64,000 bases of DNA from Candidatus Eiseniibacteriota bacterium (GCA_963776245.1 CAVZLN010000004.1:96001-160000), one strand, 5' to 3'. Counted from the first letter of the stretch, positions 40,204 to 49,597 are shown. The notes: generated from the letters alone by a model not told the origin. Program-made: numbers and translations.

Positions 40204-41952
40204 ATGACGTTCACCGATCCGCGCTGGCTGTGGGCGCTCGCCGTGCTGCCGCTGCTCGCGCTGCTCGAGTGGCGCGCGGCGGGCCGGGCCGAGCGCGCGC
40301 TGAAGGCGCTGGTGGGGGCCCGCGCGGAGCACGCGCTGCTGGCGCAGCGCCGGCCGGGGCAGCGGCGGCTCGGCGCGCTGCTGCGGCTGGCGGCGCTCGC
40401 GCTGCTGGTGGGCGGCGCGGCGCGGCCGGAGTGGGGACGCGAGGTGGTGCGGCGGGCGGCCACCGGCTCCGACGTGGTGCTGCTGATGGACGTGTCGGCG
40501 AGCATGGACGCGCGCGACGTGCCGCCGAGCCGGCTCGCCGAGGCGCGGCGCGAGGCGCTCGCGGTGGTGGACCGCATGGCCGGAAGCCGCATCGGCGTGG
40601 TGGCGTTCGCGGGGGACGCGGTGCGGCTGTGCCCGCTCACGCTGGACCGCGGCGCGGCGCGGCTCACGGTCGAGGCGCTCTCGAGCGCGACGGTCAGCGA
40701 GCCCGGCACCGACCTGGCCCGCGGACTGCGCATGGCGATGAAGCTCATGCCGGCGGGACGACGCGAGGAGCAGGCGATCGTGGTGTGGACCGACGGCGAG
40801 GATCTCGAGCGCGGCGGGCGCGGCGCGCTCGAGGAGGTGCGGCACTCGGGGATCCGCGTGTTCGCGGTCGGGGTCGGGACCCCGGGAGGGGACGTGGTCC
40901 CGATGCTCGACGACCAGGGCCGTGCTTTGGACGTGAAGCGCGACGCGCGCGGCGAGGTGGTGCGCAGCCGGCTGGACGAGGATCTGCTGCGCGCGCTGGC
41001 GCGGCGCTCGCGCGGGGGCTACTTCGGGGCCCAGCGCCCGGGGGGCGAGCTTCCGCGGCTGCTGGGCGCGCTCGGATCGCTGGCTCGTTCCGGGCGCGGG
41101 CAACGCTCGGTGGAGCGGCCGGTGGCGCGCTTCCCGCTGTTCGCGGCGGTGGCCGGCCTGCTGCTGGCGATCGACCGCATGCGGCCGCGACGGCGGAGCG
41201 AGCGGCGGGCGCGCGGACGGGCGGCCGCGCCGGCGGCCGCGCGGGCCGCCGCGGCGCTCGCGGTGCTCGGCGTGCTCGCGGCCGCGGGCCCGGCGCGCGC
41301 CCAGAGCACCTGGTCGCGCGGGGACGACGCCTATCGCGGCGGGCGGTTCGCGGCGGCCGAGTCGCTGTACGCGCTGCGGCTGGCCCACGGCGGACCGGAG
41401 CCCGTGAAGCTGAACCTCGCCACGGCGCGCGCCCGCGCGGGCCGGGTGCAGGACGCCGAGCGCGAACTGGCGCGGCTGGCGGGGTCGCGCGGCGTGGTGG
41501 GACGCGAGGCGCGCTACAACCTCGGCACGATGCTGGCCGAGGCGCAGCGCGACGACGATGCGGTGGCCGCGTTGCGCCGGGCGCTGGAGCGCGATCCCGG
41601 CGATGCGGACGCGCGCTGGAACTACGAGGTGCTGCTGCGCCGCCGCGAACGCAGGCGGGCACCCGAAGCGCCCCGCAGCGGCGGCGCTCCCGATCCGCGC
41701 CCGGGCGCGGGCGCGGAGCCGCAGGGTGGCGCGCCGCAGCAGCAGTCCCCGCAGCCATCGTCGAGCGCGCCCCGGAACGCGCCGCCGCAGCCGTCGCCGT
41801 CCGCGCCGCCGCCCGCGCCGGGCCAGGGACAACGCATGGACCGAGCGCAGGCCGATCGGCTGCTGAACGCGCTCCAGGACCTGACACGCCTCGAGCAGCA
41901 ACGCCAGCGCCGGGTCCAGGTGGTCCGCGACCGCCGCGGCAAGGACTGGTGA
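40204..41952 (+). CDS. BatB-like VWA protein fused to BatC-like TPR domain
   Basis: DVSASMDARDVPPSRL, WTDGED, then TPR (YNLG, ARWNYE), Pro/Gln linker, terminal KDW. Confidence 0.85.
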   Translation: MTFTDPRWLWALAVLPLLALLEWRAAGRAERALKALVGARAEHALLAQRRPGQRRLGALLRLAALALLVGGAARPEWGREVVRRAATGSDVVLLMDVSASMDARDVPPSRLAEARREALAVVDRMAGSRIGVVAFAGDAVRLCPLTLDRGAARLTVEALSSATVSEPGTDLARGLRMAMKLMPAGRREEQAIVVWTDGEDLERGGRGALEEVRHSGIRVFAVGVGTPGGDVVPMLDDQGRALDVKRDARGEVVRSRLDEDLLRALARRSRGGYFGAQRPGGELPRLLGALGSLARSGRGQRSVERPVARFPLFAAVAGLLLAIDRMRPRRRSERRARGRAAAPAAARAAAALAVLGVLAAAGPARAQSTWSRGDDAYRGGRFAAAESLYALRLAHGGPEPVKLNLATARARAGRVQDAERELARLAGSRGVVGREARYNLGTMLAEAQRDDDAVAALRRALERDPGDADARWNYEVLLRRRERRRAPEAPRSGGAPDPRPGAGAEPQGGAPQQQSPQPSSSAPRNAPPQPSPSAPPPAPGQGQRMDRAQADRLLNALQDLTRLEQQRQRRVQVVRDRRGKDW

Positions 41953-44237
41953 TGGGCCGCGCCCTGTGCTGGATCGCGCTCGCGCTCACGCTGCCGGCGC
42001 TCGCGGCCGCCGCGCCCGCGACGGCGCCGGCCACGCTGCAGGTCCGATGGTCCCGCGCCTCGATGGCCGTCGGGGAGGTGGCGTCCCTCGAGGTCGTGGT
42101 GCGGGGCGCCACGGGGACCGTCGGGAGCCCCGAGTTCGCCGTGCCGGACGGGCTCGAGGTGCTCTCGAGCGGTCGCACGCAGGGCTTCGCGTGGGTCGAT
42201 GGCAGGTCCTCGAGCGAGGTGGTGTTCCGCTACGAGCTCGGAGCCACGGCGGCCGGCCGGTTCACGGTCGGGCCGGTCCGGGTGGTGGCGGGGTCCCAGG
42301 CGCTGGCGAGCCCGCCGGCGACGCTCATCGTGAGCGCGGCCGCCGCGCGCATCGGCGGTGGCGAGGGCGGTGGAGCGGGCCCGGTGGCCCTGCGCGTCGA
42401 CGTGGAGCCCGCGCGCCCGTTCGTCGGCCAGCCCGTGCTCATGCGCATCCGCCTGGTGCTGCGGGCGCCGCTCGCCGAGGACCCGCAATACAGCGCTCCG
42501 GCGACGCCCGGCTTCTGGGGCGAACCGCCGAGCCCTCCCGAGTCCTACTACGCGGCGCAGGGGAACGCGCGCGTGCAGGTCACCGAGACGCGCACGCGGC
42601 TCTATCCGCTCGCACCGGGGGTGGCGACCATCGGGGTGGCGGAGGCGGTGGTCGCGCTGGCCTCGTCCGAGGGTGACGATCCGCGCGCGTGGGTCGGGGG
42701 GCGGGTGCCGCGGCGCGAAGCCAGGGCCCGCTCGGCGCCGGTGCGCGTCGAGGTGCGTCCGCTGCCGGCGGGCGCGCCGCCGGGCTTCGACGGCGCGGTC
42801 GGCAGCTTCACGCCGGCGTGGAGCGCGGACCGCGCCCGCACCGCGCGCGACGTGCCGGTGACGGTGCGTCTCGACGTGCGCGGCGTGGGCAATCTCCCGC
42901 TGCTGCACACGCCCGCGCTCGCCGCGGACGACTTCGAGGTGTTCACGAGCGCCGTGGACGACAGCCTCGGGGCGCTCGGCATGCTCGACGCCGGGAGGCG
43001 GCGCTTCCAGTGGACGGTGCTGCCGCGACACGAGGGGCCGTTGAGGATCGCGCCGCCTCCGCTGGTGTGGTTCGATCCGGCCGGCGGCGTATACCGCTCG
43101 GCCGTTCTGGCGGCCCTGACGGTGCAGGTCGATCCTCCGCTGCGCGACGGCCCGGCGCCCGCGGCCTTCCCGCCGGTGTTCACCGCGCATCCGGTGGACC
43201 CCGGCGCCCGCCCGGCGGCGCCATGGGGAGGTGTGGTGGCGGGGCTGGCGCTCGGCGCGGCGCTGGCCCTGTGGCGCGCGGCGGGCCGCCCGCCCGCCGA
43301 CGCCGGTGAGCGCGCGCGCCAGCGCGAGTGGCTGCGGGCGGTCGGGTTGGCGCGGGGTCCGGACTTCTGGCGCGCCGCCGACGAGGCCGCGGGATGGCTC
43401 GCGGCGCGCGGCGATGCGGTCCAGGAATTGAGCCGCGCGATCGCCTCGGCGCGCTACGGTGGAGCGGTCCCGGACGAGGAGGCGGTGAGGCGGCGGATCG
43501 TCGAGCGTCTCGGCCACGCGATGCCACCCCCGTCCGGTCCGTGGGGGATGCGGGCGGTGGCGGTGGCACTTGCGGTGGGGGCCGTGGTGATGGCGGTGGC
43601 GTGCGCGCCGAAGCGCGGAGAGGAGGGGGCGGCGCGGCGGGCGCGGGCGGCCGATCAGCGCGCACAGTCCGGGGATGTGGCGGGTGCGGCGGACGAGTGG
43701 CGGCGGCTGTGGAGCGAGGGTGGGCACGCCTCGGGCGTGGCGGCGCGGCTGGCCTGGGTCGCGGTGCGCGACGGTGAGGTCGGCCCCGCGGCGGCGTGGG
43801 TGCTGCGCGGCCGGCGAGGCGAGCCGCGGGATGGCGCGCTGGCGTGGGTGACCGAACGTGTGCGCGAGGGAGGAGGCCTGGTGGGCTCCGCCGCGACGCG
43901 GTTGCCTTTGCGCAGCCTGGAATGGGGACTGCTCGCGCTCGCGCTCGGCGTGGCGGCGGGCGCGGTGTGGCCGCGGCGCGGGGCGGCGGCTGCGCTGGCG
44001 CTGCTCGCGTTCGTGGCGGCGGCGGTCTGGCCGCTCGAAGGGGAGCGCGCGCGCCGTTCGCATGACGCGGTGGTGAGGACGGTGGCGCCGCTCGAAGGCG
44101 CGGCGGTGAGTCTCGACGCCGGCCAGGTGGTGCACGTGGTGGCGCGCGACGGCGGGCGGGTGCGGGTGGTGGCCGGGCGCGGCCTCGAGGGCTGGATGCC
44201 GGCGGAGGCGCTGGTGCAGGCTGAGGACGGCCGATGA
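41952..44237 (+). CDS. BatD-like protein with BatE-like C-terminus (TM + SH3-like)
   Basis: Ig-like repeats, PPGFDGAVGSF, GVGNL, WFDP; terminal GLEGWMP. Confidence 0.78.
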   Translation: MGRALCWIALALTLPALAAAAPATAPATLQVRWSRASMAVGEVASLEVVVRGATGTVGSPEFAVPDGLEVLSSGRTQGFAWVDGRSSSEVVFRYELGATAAGRFTVGPVRVVAGSQALASPPATLIVSAAAARIGGGEGGGAGPVALRVDVEPARPFVGQPVLMRIRLVLRAPLAEDPQYSAPATPGFWGEPPSPPESYYAAQGNARVQVTETRTRLYPLAPGVATIGVAEAVVALASSEGDDPRAWVGGRVPRREARARSAPVRVEVRPLPAGAPPGFDGAVGSFTPAWSADRARTARDVPVTVRLDVRGVGNLPLLHTPALAADDFEVFTSAVDDSLGALGMLDAGRRRFQWTVLPRHEGPLRIAPPPLVWFDPAGGVYRSAVLAALTVQVDPPLRDGPAPAAFPPVFTAHPVDPGARPAAPWGGVVAGLALGAALALWRAAGRPPADAGERARQREWLRAVGLARGPDFWRAADEAAGWLAARGDAVQELSRAIASARYGGAVPDEEAVRRRIVERLGHAMPPPSGPWGMRAVAVALAVGAVVMAVACAPKRGEEGAARRARAADQRAQSGDVAGAADEWRRLWSEGGHASGVAARLAWVAVRDGEVGPAAAWVLRGRRGEPRDGALAWVTERVREGGGLVGSAATRLPLRSLEWGLLALALGVAAGAVWPRRGAAAALALLAFVAAAVWPLEGERARRSHDAVVRTVAPLEGAAVSLDAGQVVHVVARDGGRVRVVAGRGLEGWMPAEALVQAEDGR

Positions 44238-44818
44238 GGGCGGTGCTTCACGCGGTGGTGCTCACGGTGGCGGTGCTGGCGCCGGCGGAGTCCCTCGACT
44301 GGCGCGTGCAGCGCGCGGTCCAGTCCGCGCGCCGGCCGGGGCTGGAGGGACCGATGCGGTTCGCCACCGAGATGGGCAAGCCGGTGCTGGTGGCGGGTGC
44401 GCTGGTCGCGCTGGCGCTGCTCGATCGCGCCCAGGGGGTGGCCACGCTGCGCGCCGCGGCGGTCGCGCTGATCCCCACCAATCTGGCGGTGGAGGGGATC
44501 AAGCGTGCGACCTTCCGCACCCGTCCGGATGGCGAGCGCAAGGCTTCGAACGCGTCGTTCCCGTCCAGCCATGCGGCGAATGCCTTCGCCATCGCGTGGG
44601 TCCTGGCGCGGCGCTGGCGCCGGGCGGCGCCGGCGTGGTTCGCCGTGGCCGTGGTGGTGACGATCTCGCGCGTGTACCTGAACCGTCATTTTCTCAGCGA
44701 CGTGGTGGTGGGCGCGGCGATCGGGACGCTGTGCGGGTGGTGGGCGACGCGCCGGCCGCCTGCCCGGGCCGCGGGACCTCCCGGCTCCGCGACCTCCAGC
44801 GGAGCGGCCAGCGGCTGA
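44234..44818 (+). CDS. PAP2-family phosphatase
   Basis: KRATFRTRP, SFPSSH, SRVYLNRHFLSD. Confidence 0.92.
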   Translation: MRAVLHAVVLTVAVLAPAESLDWRVQRAVQSARRPGLEGPMRFATEMGKPVLVAGALVALALLDRAQGVATLRAAAVALIPTNLAVEGIKRATFRTRPDGERKASNASFPSSHAANAFAIAWVLARRWRRAAPAWFAVAVVVTISRVYLNRHFLSDVVVGAAIGTLCGWWATRRPPARAAGPPGSATSSGAASG

Positions 44819-44901
44819 GCCCGTCAGGCGCTCATCTCCGGCCGTCCGCGGGTGCCGGGTGCGGACCGCGCGCAAGAAGTGTGGCCGGCTGGTGCGGGGA
44901 G

Positions 44902-44910
44902 TGCTAGATT
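44902..44910 (+). promoter_or_regulatory. Possible extended -10 promoter for the EIIA gene
   Basis: TGcTAGATT followed by GGAGG SD. Confidence 0.45.
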
Positions 44911-44931
44911 CCCCCCGGAGGACATCTGGTC

Positions 44932-45399
44932 ATGTCCGAAATCACCCTCCCCTCGGTGCTCGACTCCTCGCTCTACATCCCTGATCTCAGGACCCGCCGT
45001 CGCGAATCGGTGCTCGCCGAGATGGTGGCGTGTGCTCATGCCCACGGCGTGATCCGCCATCCCGAGGTGCTGAGCGAACTGCTGGTGCTGCGCGAGCGGG
45101 TGGCCACGACCGCCATCGGCAAGGGGGTCGCGGTGCCCCACGCGCGGTCCGTGGCGGTGCTCGGTTCCCGGCTGGTGGTGGCGCGCTCGAGCCGTGGCAT
45201 CGATTGGGGGGCGCCCGACGCGGCGCCGGTCACGCTGGTGTTCCTGGCGATCTCCCCGACCGAGACCAGCCTGGCGGCGCACCATCATCTGGTGGCCGGC
45301 GCCATCGCCGTCGCCCGGTACCAGAGGACTCGAAGCAAGCTGCTGGAAGCCAAGAGTTTCGAAGTCGTATCGTCGGTGATGCGCGAGGTCATGGCGTGA
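44932..45399 (+). CDS. PTS EIIA (Fru/Ntr-type) domain protein
   Basis: RE-TTAIGKGVAVPHAR, GIDWGAPD-PV. Confidence 0.92.
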   Translation: MSEITLPSVLDSSLYIPDLRTRRRESVLAEMVACAHAHGVIRHPEVLSELLVLRERVATTAIGKGVAVPHARSVAVLGSRLVVARSSRGIDWGAPDAAPVTLVFLAISPTETSLAAHHHLVAGAIAVARYQRTRSKLLEAKSFEVVSSVMREVMA

Positions 45400-45734
45400 C
45401 CACGGTCGAGACCATCCTCCGGCTCCATGACGTGGACCAGCTGCTGCGCGAGATCGACAACCCCGAGAGCGCGGCCCGCATCCGTCAGATGGGATTCGCC
45501 GCGCCCCAGCCGGCCCCCGCGGCGCGAGCCCGCGAACGGCTCGTCTCGGAGCTCGAGGCGCGCTGGTCGTCGCACTACGTCCGCGCCGAGCGCCGCTACG
45601 GCCGCGGGCTGACCGCGGTGCGCGGCCGCGCCTGCCAGGGTTGCTTCATGACCATGGCGACGGCCGCGGCGCCCCCGGCCGGGGAGTCCCTCACACTCTG
45701 CGAGTCGTGCGGGCGGGTCCTCTACTGGCCCTGA
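45396..45734 (+). CDS. C4-type zinc ribbon protein (short DUF164-like)
   Basis: CQGC...CESCGRVLY; GTGA-coupled to EIIA. Confidence 0.8.
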   Translation: MTTVETILRLHDVDQLLREIDNPESAARIRQMGFAAPQPAPAARARERLVSELEARWSSHYVRAERRYGRGLTAVRGRACQGCFMTMATAAAPPAGESLTLCESCGRVLYWP

Positions 45735-45826
45735 CCGGCGGGACCGCGCGGGCATCGCGGGCGCGATTGCGTTAGGCTCCGCGCGACAGGCCACGCTCCA
45801 TCACCCGACCGGGGGAGGACCCGACC

Positions 45827-46246
45827 CTGATTCTCGATCGACGTGCACTGCGTCTGGCGGCTGCGGGCTTAGCGCTGGTGTCCGCGAGTTGCACCTCGCT
45901 GCGCGAGATCCCGCGCACCGATTACACCGTGCAGCCCGACCGTCGGGACGTGCGCGTGACCACGCGTGACGGTCTGCGATACGAATTCGACTACGCGCAT
46001 TTCGAGGGCGACAGCCTGGTGGGCTACCGGCGCCGCGACGTCGACGGCCCGTTCGACGACTACGCGGTGTTGCGCATCCCGCTCGGGGACGTCACCCAGC
46101 TCAGCGCGCGCTCGGTGGACTGGCGGCGCACGGGGCTGCTCGGCGCAGCGATCGTCGCGGGCGGTGTCACGGTCGGACTGGCGACGCGGAAGCATGCCAC
46201 CGAGACGCCCTCGAGCAGCACCGGCACGAAGCCCTTCATCCCCTGA
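45827..46246 (+). CDS. Hypothetical lipoprotein-like protein; probable CTG start
   Basis: GGAGG 8 nt before CTG; RRALRLAAAGLALVSAS-C signal; C-terminal hydrophobic segment. Confidence 0.65.
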   Translation: MILDRRALRLAAAGLALVSASCTSLREIPRTDYTVQPDRRDVRVTTRDGLRYEFDYAHFEGDSLVGYRRRDVDGPFDDYAVLRIPLGDVTQLSARSVDWRRTGLLGAAIVAGGVTVGLATRKHATETPSSSTGTKPFIP

Positions 46247-46256
46247 GACCGCGCGG

Positions 46257-46607
46257 TCAGTCGAGCGCGTGCGTGGCGAGCGCCGCGAGCGCCGCGCCGA
46301 AGGCATCCGCGAGCAGGTCGCCCCGGTCGAAGCGGCCGCCAGTGCGGCGGTCCCGGAGCTCCTTCAGGACGCCGAGCGCGAGCGCGCTCGAGGCCGCGAC
46401 GGCGGGCCGGCGCGTGGCGAGCCCGGAGCCGAGACCGAGCGTCAGGGCGAGCGACGCATGCTGGAGCCGGTCGGGGCGCAGCGCCCCGGTCTGCCAGGCC
46501 CGCACCTGCGGCGAGGGCGGCGTGGGCACCGCGTCCTGCGCGTGGGCGGTGACGCAGCACGCCAGCAGCAGCGGCAGAACGATCGGGATCGTCCCGGGAG
46601 CGCGCAT
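46257..46607 (-). CDS. Small membrane protein (YfiM/DUF2279-like)
   Basis: Signal peptide, then DRLQH...GVLKELRD...FDRGDLLADAFG pattern. Confidence 0.65.
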   Translation of the reverse strand: MRAPGTIPIVLPLLLACCVTAHAQDAVPTPPSPQVRAWQTGALRPDRLQHASLALTLGLGSGLATRRPAVAASSALALGVLKELRDRRTGGRFDRGDLLADAFGAALAALATHALD

Positions 46608-46610
46608 CGG

Positions 46611-48059
46611 TTGAGACCTCCATCGAAGCATCCGTCCACCCCGCCGGAAGAGTCGGCGCTGGCGCTCGCCCGCGCCCGGCTCACGGCCCACCCCTGGCCA
46701 CCGGCGCTCCTCGCGGCCCTCGAACGGTTGCGCGCCGACGGGCACCAGGCCTGGCTGGTCGGGGGCACGGTACGCGATGGACTGCTCGGGCGCGAGGGCG
46801 CCTCGCCCGGCGCCGTGTTCGACGTGGCCACCGACCGGCGGCCGGAGGATGTCAGCGCCCGCTTCGCGCGGGTGGAGCCGGTCGGCATCGCGCACGGGAC
46901 CGTCCTGGTGATCGAACCGGAGGCTTCTCTCGAGGTCACCACGCTGCGTCGCGAGGGCGCGTACGCCGACGCCCGCCACCCCGACCGGGTGGAGTTCACC
47001 GACGACGTGCGCGCGGACCTCGCGCGCCGCGATCTGACGGTGAACGCGCTCGCCTTCGATCCGATGAGCGGGGTGTTGCTCGATCCGTTCGGCGGCCTGG
47101 CCGACCTGGCACACGGTGTGCTCCGGGCGGTCGGCGACCCGGTGGCGCGCTTCCATGAGGATGGTCTGCGCCCGCTCCGCGTGGCGCGGCTGGCGGCGCA
47201 GCTCGAGATGACTCCGGAGCCGGCGACCCGCGACGCGCTGGGAACGGCGCGCGCGCGCAGCTCGAGGGTGGCGGTCGAGCGCGTGCGCGGCGAGCTCGAC
47301 CGCCTGCTGCGCGCGCCCCGGCCGTCGGTGGGCTTCGAGCTGCTGCGACCGGCCGGGCTGCTCGGACTCTGGCTGCCGGAGCTCGAGGCGTGCGTCGCGG
47401 TCCCGCAGAACCGGCATCACGCCTGGGACGTCTACCGCCACAGCCTGTTCACGTGCGATGCGGCGCCGGCCGACAAGCCGCAGGTGCGGTGGGCGGCGCT
47501 GCTCCACGACATCGGCAAGCCCGCGACCCGGGTCGAGCGCCATGGCGACGGCACGTTCTACGGCCACCAGGACGTGGGGGCCGACCTCGCTGACCGGCTG
47601 CTCGAGCGCCTCCGCTTCTCGAACGACCAGCGGCGCGCCATCGTGCACCTGGTGCGCGAGCACATGTTCGACTATCGCCCGGAGTGGAGCGACGCGGCCC
47701 TGCGCCGCTGGCTGCGCCGCGTCGGGGACGGGTCGGTGGCGGACCTCTTCGACCTCCGGATCGCCGACTACATCGGCAATGGCCAGCGCGCGGGTCTCCC
47801 GTTCTATCTCGAGTCCATGCGGGAGCGGATCGATCGGCTGGTGTCCGAGAATCACGCCGTGCGCGTGCGCGACCTCGCGGTGGGAGGAGAGGACGTCATG
47901 CGGGAGCTCGGGATCGGTCCCGGCCGCGCGGTGGGCGAGGCGCTGGAGGCCCTGCTCGAGGAGGTGATCGAGCATCCGGAGGCGAACTCGCGCGCCCACC
48001 TGCTCGGCCGGCTCGCACGCCTGCGGACGGCGCGGTCGGCGGAGGCGCACGAGTCTTGA
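46611..48059 (+). CDS. CCA tRNA nucleotidyltransferase / poly(A) polymerase family with HD domain; start uncertain
   Basis: LVGGTVRD, EVTTLR, DLARRDLTVNA, EDGLRPLR, LLHDIGKP, FYGH. Confidence 0.88.
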   Translation: MRPPSKHPSTPPEESALALARARLTAHPWPPALLAALERLRADGHQAWLVGGTVRDGLLGREGASPGAVFDVATDRRPEDVSARFARVEPVGIAHGTVLVIEPEASLEVTTLRREGAYADARHPDRVEFTDDVRADLARRDLTVNALAFDPMSGVLLDPFGGLADLAHGVLRAVGDPVARFHEDGLRPLRVARLAAQLEMTPEPATRDALGTARARSSRVAVERVRGELDRLLRAPRPSVGFELLRPAGLLGLWLPELEACVAVPQNRHHAWDVYRHSLFTCDAAPADKPQVRWAALLHDIGKPATRVERHGDGTFYGHQDVGADLADRLLERLRFSNDQRRAIVHLVREHMFDYRPEWSDAALRRWLRRVGDGSVADLFDLRIADYIGNGQRAGLPFYLESMRERIDRLVSENHAVRVRDLAVGGEDVMRELGIGPGRAVGEALEALLEEVIEHPEANSRAHLLGRLARLRTARSAEAHES

Positions 48060-48085
48060 CACTCTTCGCACCCCGCCCGTAGACT
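48056..48085 (+). promoter_or_regulatory. sigma70-type promoter for the prenyl synthase-rsfS-argS unit
   Basis: TTGACA-N18-TAGACT. Confidence 0.75.
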
Positions 48086-48198
48086 GCTCGCCGCTTTTCA
48101 CAGGCTGGCCTGGGAGATCCGCGACCCGCATCGGACGGGAGTCGGGGATCCTCCCGGCTGGCGGAGGGGCGCGTCCACCGCCCCGGGAACGGATCGGC

Positions 48199-49179
48199 AT
48201 GTCCATTTCCGCAATCCAGAAACCGGTGCGGCGAGAGTTGGAGCGGGTCCAGGCCCGGCTCCGGGGATTGTTCCGCACCCCCATCCCGATCCTGAACCAG
48301 GTGGGCGGTCACGTGCTGGCGACGCGCGGGAAGCGCTTCCGCCCCACGCTGCTCCTGCTGGTGGCCCGCCATCGTCACCGGCTCGACGACGATGCCGTCA
48401 CGGCAGCCGCGGTGGTCGAGATGCTGCACGCCGCCGCGCTCATCCACGACGACTCGGTGGACAAGAGCGGGTTGCGTCGGGGCATGCCCACGGTCAATGG
48501 GCTGTGGACCGACGAGATGGCCATCATCATGGGCGACTACCTCTACGCCCAGTCGATGGCGATGCTGGTCGAGCACCACCTCGAGCTCGCCCAGGAGGTG
48601 CTGGCGCGGGTCGTCACCGAGATGACGTTCGGGGAGGCGATGGAATTCCAGTACGCCTACGACCTCGACGTCACCGAGGAGCAGTACGAGGAGCTCATCC
48701 GCGCCAAGACCGGCTCGCTGATAGCGGCCGCGGCGGAGCTCGGCGCGGGGCTCGACGGCGCGCGGCGCGACGCGCGGGCGCGGCTGCGCTTCCGCGAGTT
48801 CGGCGCCAAGGTGGGGGTGGCGTTCCAGGTCGTGGACGATCTGTTCGACTACCTCGGCAAGCCGGAGACCACGGGCAAGCCAGTGGGCTACGATCTCGCC
48901 GAGGGCAAGGTGACGCTGCCATTGATCGCCGCGCTGCGCGATGCCACCGAGGCGGATCGCAAGCGGCTGCGCAAGCTCGCCCTTCGCAAGCGCTGGACGC
49001 CGGGCCAATGGACGCAGCTCCGCCAGTTGATCGCCCGCGCCGGCGGATTCGACTACGCGCGCCGACGCGCCGACGCGCTCGCCGAGCACGCGCGCGGACT
49101 GCTGGCGGGCGAGCCGGCGGGCGCCGCGCGCCTGGCGCTCTCGCGTGCCTGCGACTACGCGGTGCGGCGCGACCACTGA
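48199..49179 (+). CDS. Long-chain trans-polyprenyl diphosphate synthase (IspB/HepT-like)
   Basis: GKRFRP, LIHDDSVD-RRG, KTG, FQVVDDLFD, GKP-DLAEGK. Confidence 0.93.
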   Translation: MSISAIQKPVRRELERVQARLRGLFRTPIPILNQVGGHVLATRGKRFRPTLLLLVARHRHRLDDDAVTAAAVVEMLHAAALIHDDSVDKSGLRRGMPTVNGLWTDEMAIIMGDYLYAQSMAMLVEHHLELAQEVLARVVTEMTFGEAMEFQYAYDLDVTEEQYEELIRAKTGSLIAAAAELGAGLDGARRDARARLRFREFGAKVGVAFQVVDDLFDYLGKPETTGKPVGYDLAEGKVTLPLIAALRDATEADRKRLRKLALRKRWTPGQWTQLRQLIARAGGFDYARRRADALAEHARGLLAGEPAGAARLALSRACDYAVRRDH

Positions 49180-49210
49180 GACCCTCCCCTCACCCGATCG
49201 GAACCCGCCC

Positions 49211-49597
49211 TTGACCACGCACGCTCGTGCCCCGCGCCCGCTGCCCGCGCTCGAACTCGTGCGCCTCGCTGCCGCGGCGGCGGTGGCGAAGAAGGCGCGC
49301 GACCCGCTCGCCCTCGATCTGCGGGGACTCGAGGGCGTGTGCGACTACTTCTTCCTGTGCTCGTGCTCGAACGAGACCCAGGTGAAGGCGGTCTCGGAGC
49401 ACATCGAGGACGTGCTGCGCGACCGGGGGCAGCGCGCGTGGCACATCGAGGGGCGCGAGAGCCGCCGCTGGGTGCTGCTCGACTACGTCAACGTGGTGGT
49501 CCACGTCTTCCACGAGAAGACCCGCGAGTACTACCTGCTCGACCGGCTGTGGGGCGACGCCCGGAGCGTGGATCTTGGTCTGGACCTCGCTGAGTGA
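49211..49597 (+). CDS. rsfS: Ribosome silencing factor
   Basis: KKARD, DYF, WVLLDYVNVVVHVF, REYYLLDRLWGD. Confidence 0.93.
   Translation: MTTHARAPRPLPALELVRLAAAAAVAKKARDPLALDLRGLEGVCDYFFLCSCSNETQVKAVSEHIEDVLRDRGQRAWHIEGRESRRWVLLDYVNVVVHVFHEKTREYYLLDRLWGDARSVDLGLDLAE

Noticed and set aside
43563..43573. TGGCACTTGC, sigma54-like
   Set aside because: Lacks the 5-nt spacer and lies inside a CDS.
48086..48198. SRP, 6S or tRNA gene in this intergenic region
   Set aside because: No SRP domain IV motif or cloverleaf, and too short for 6S.
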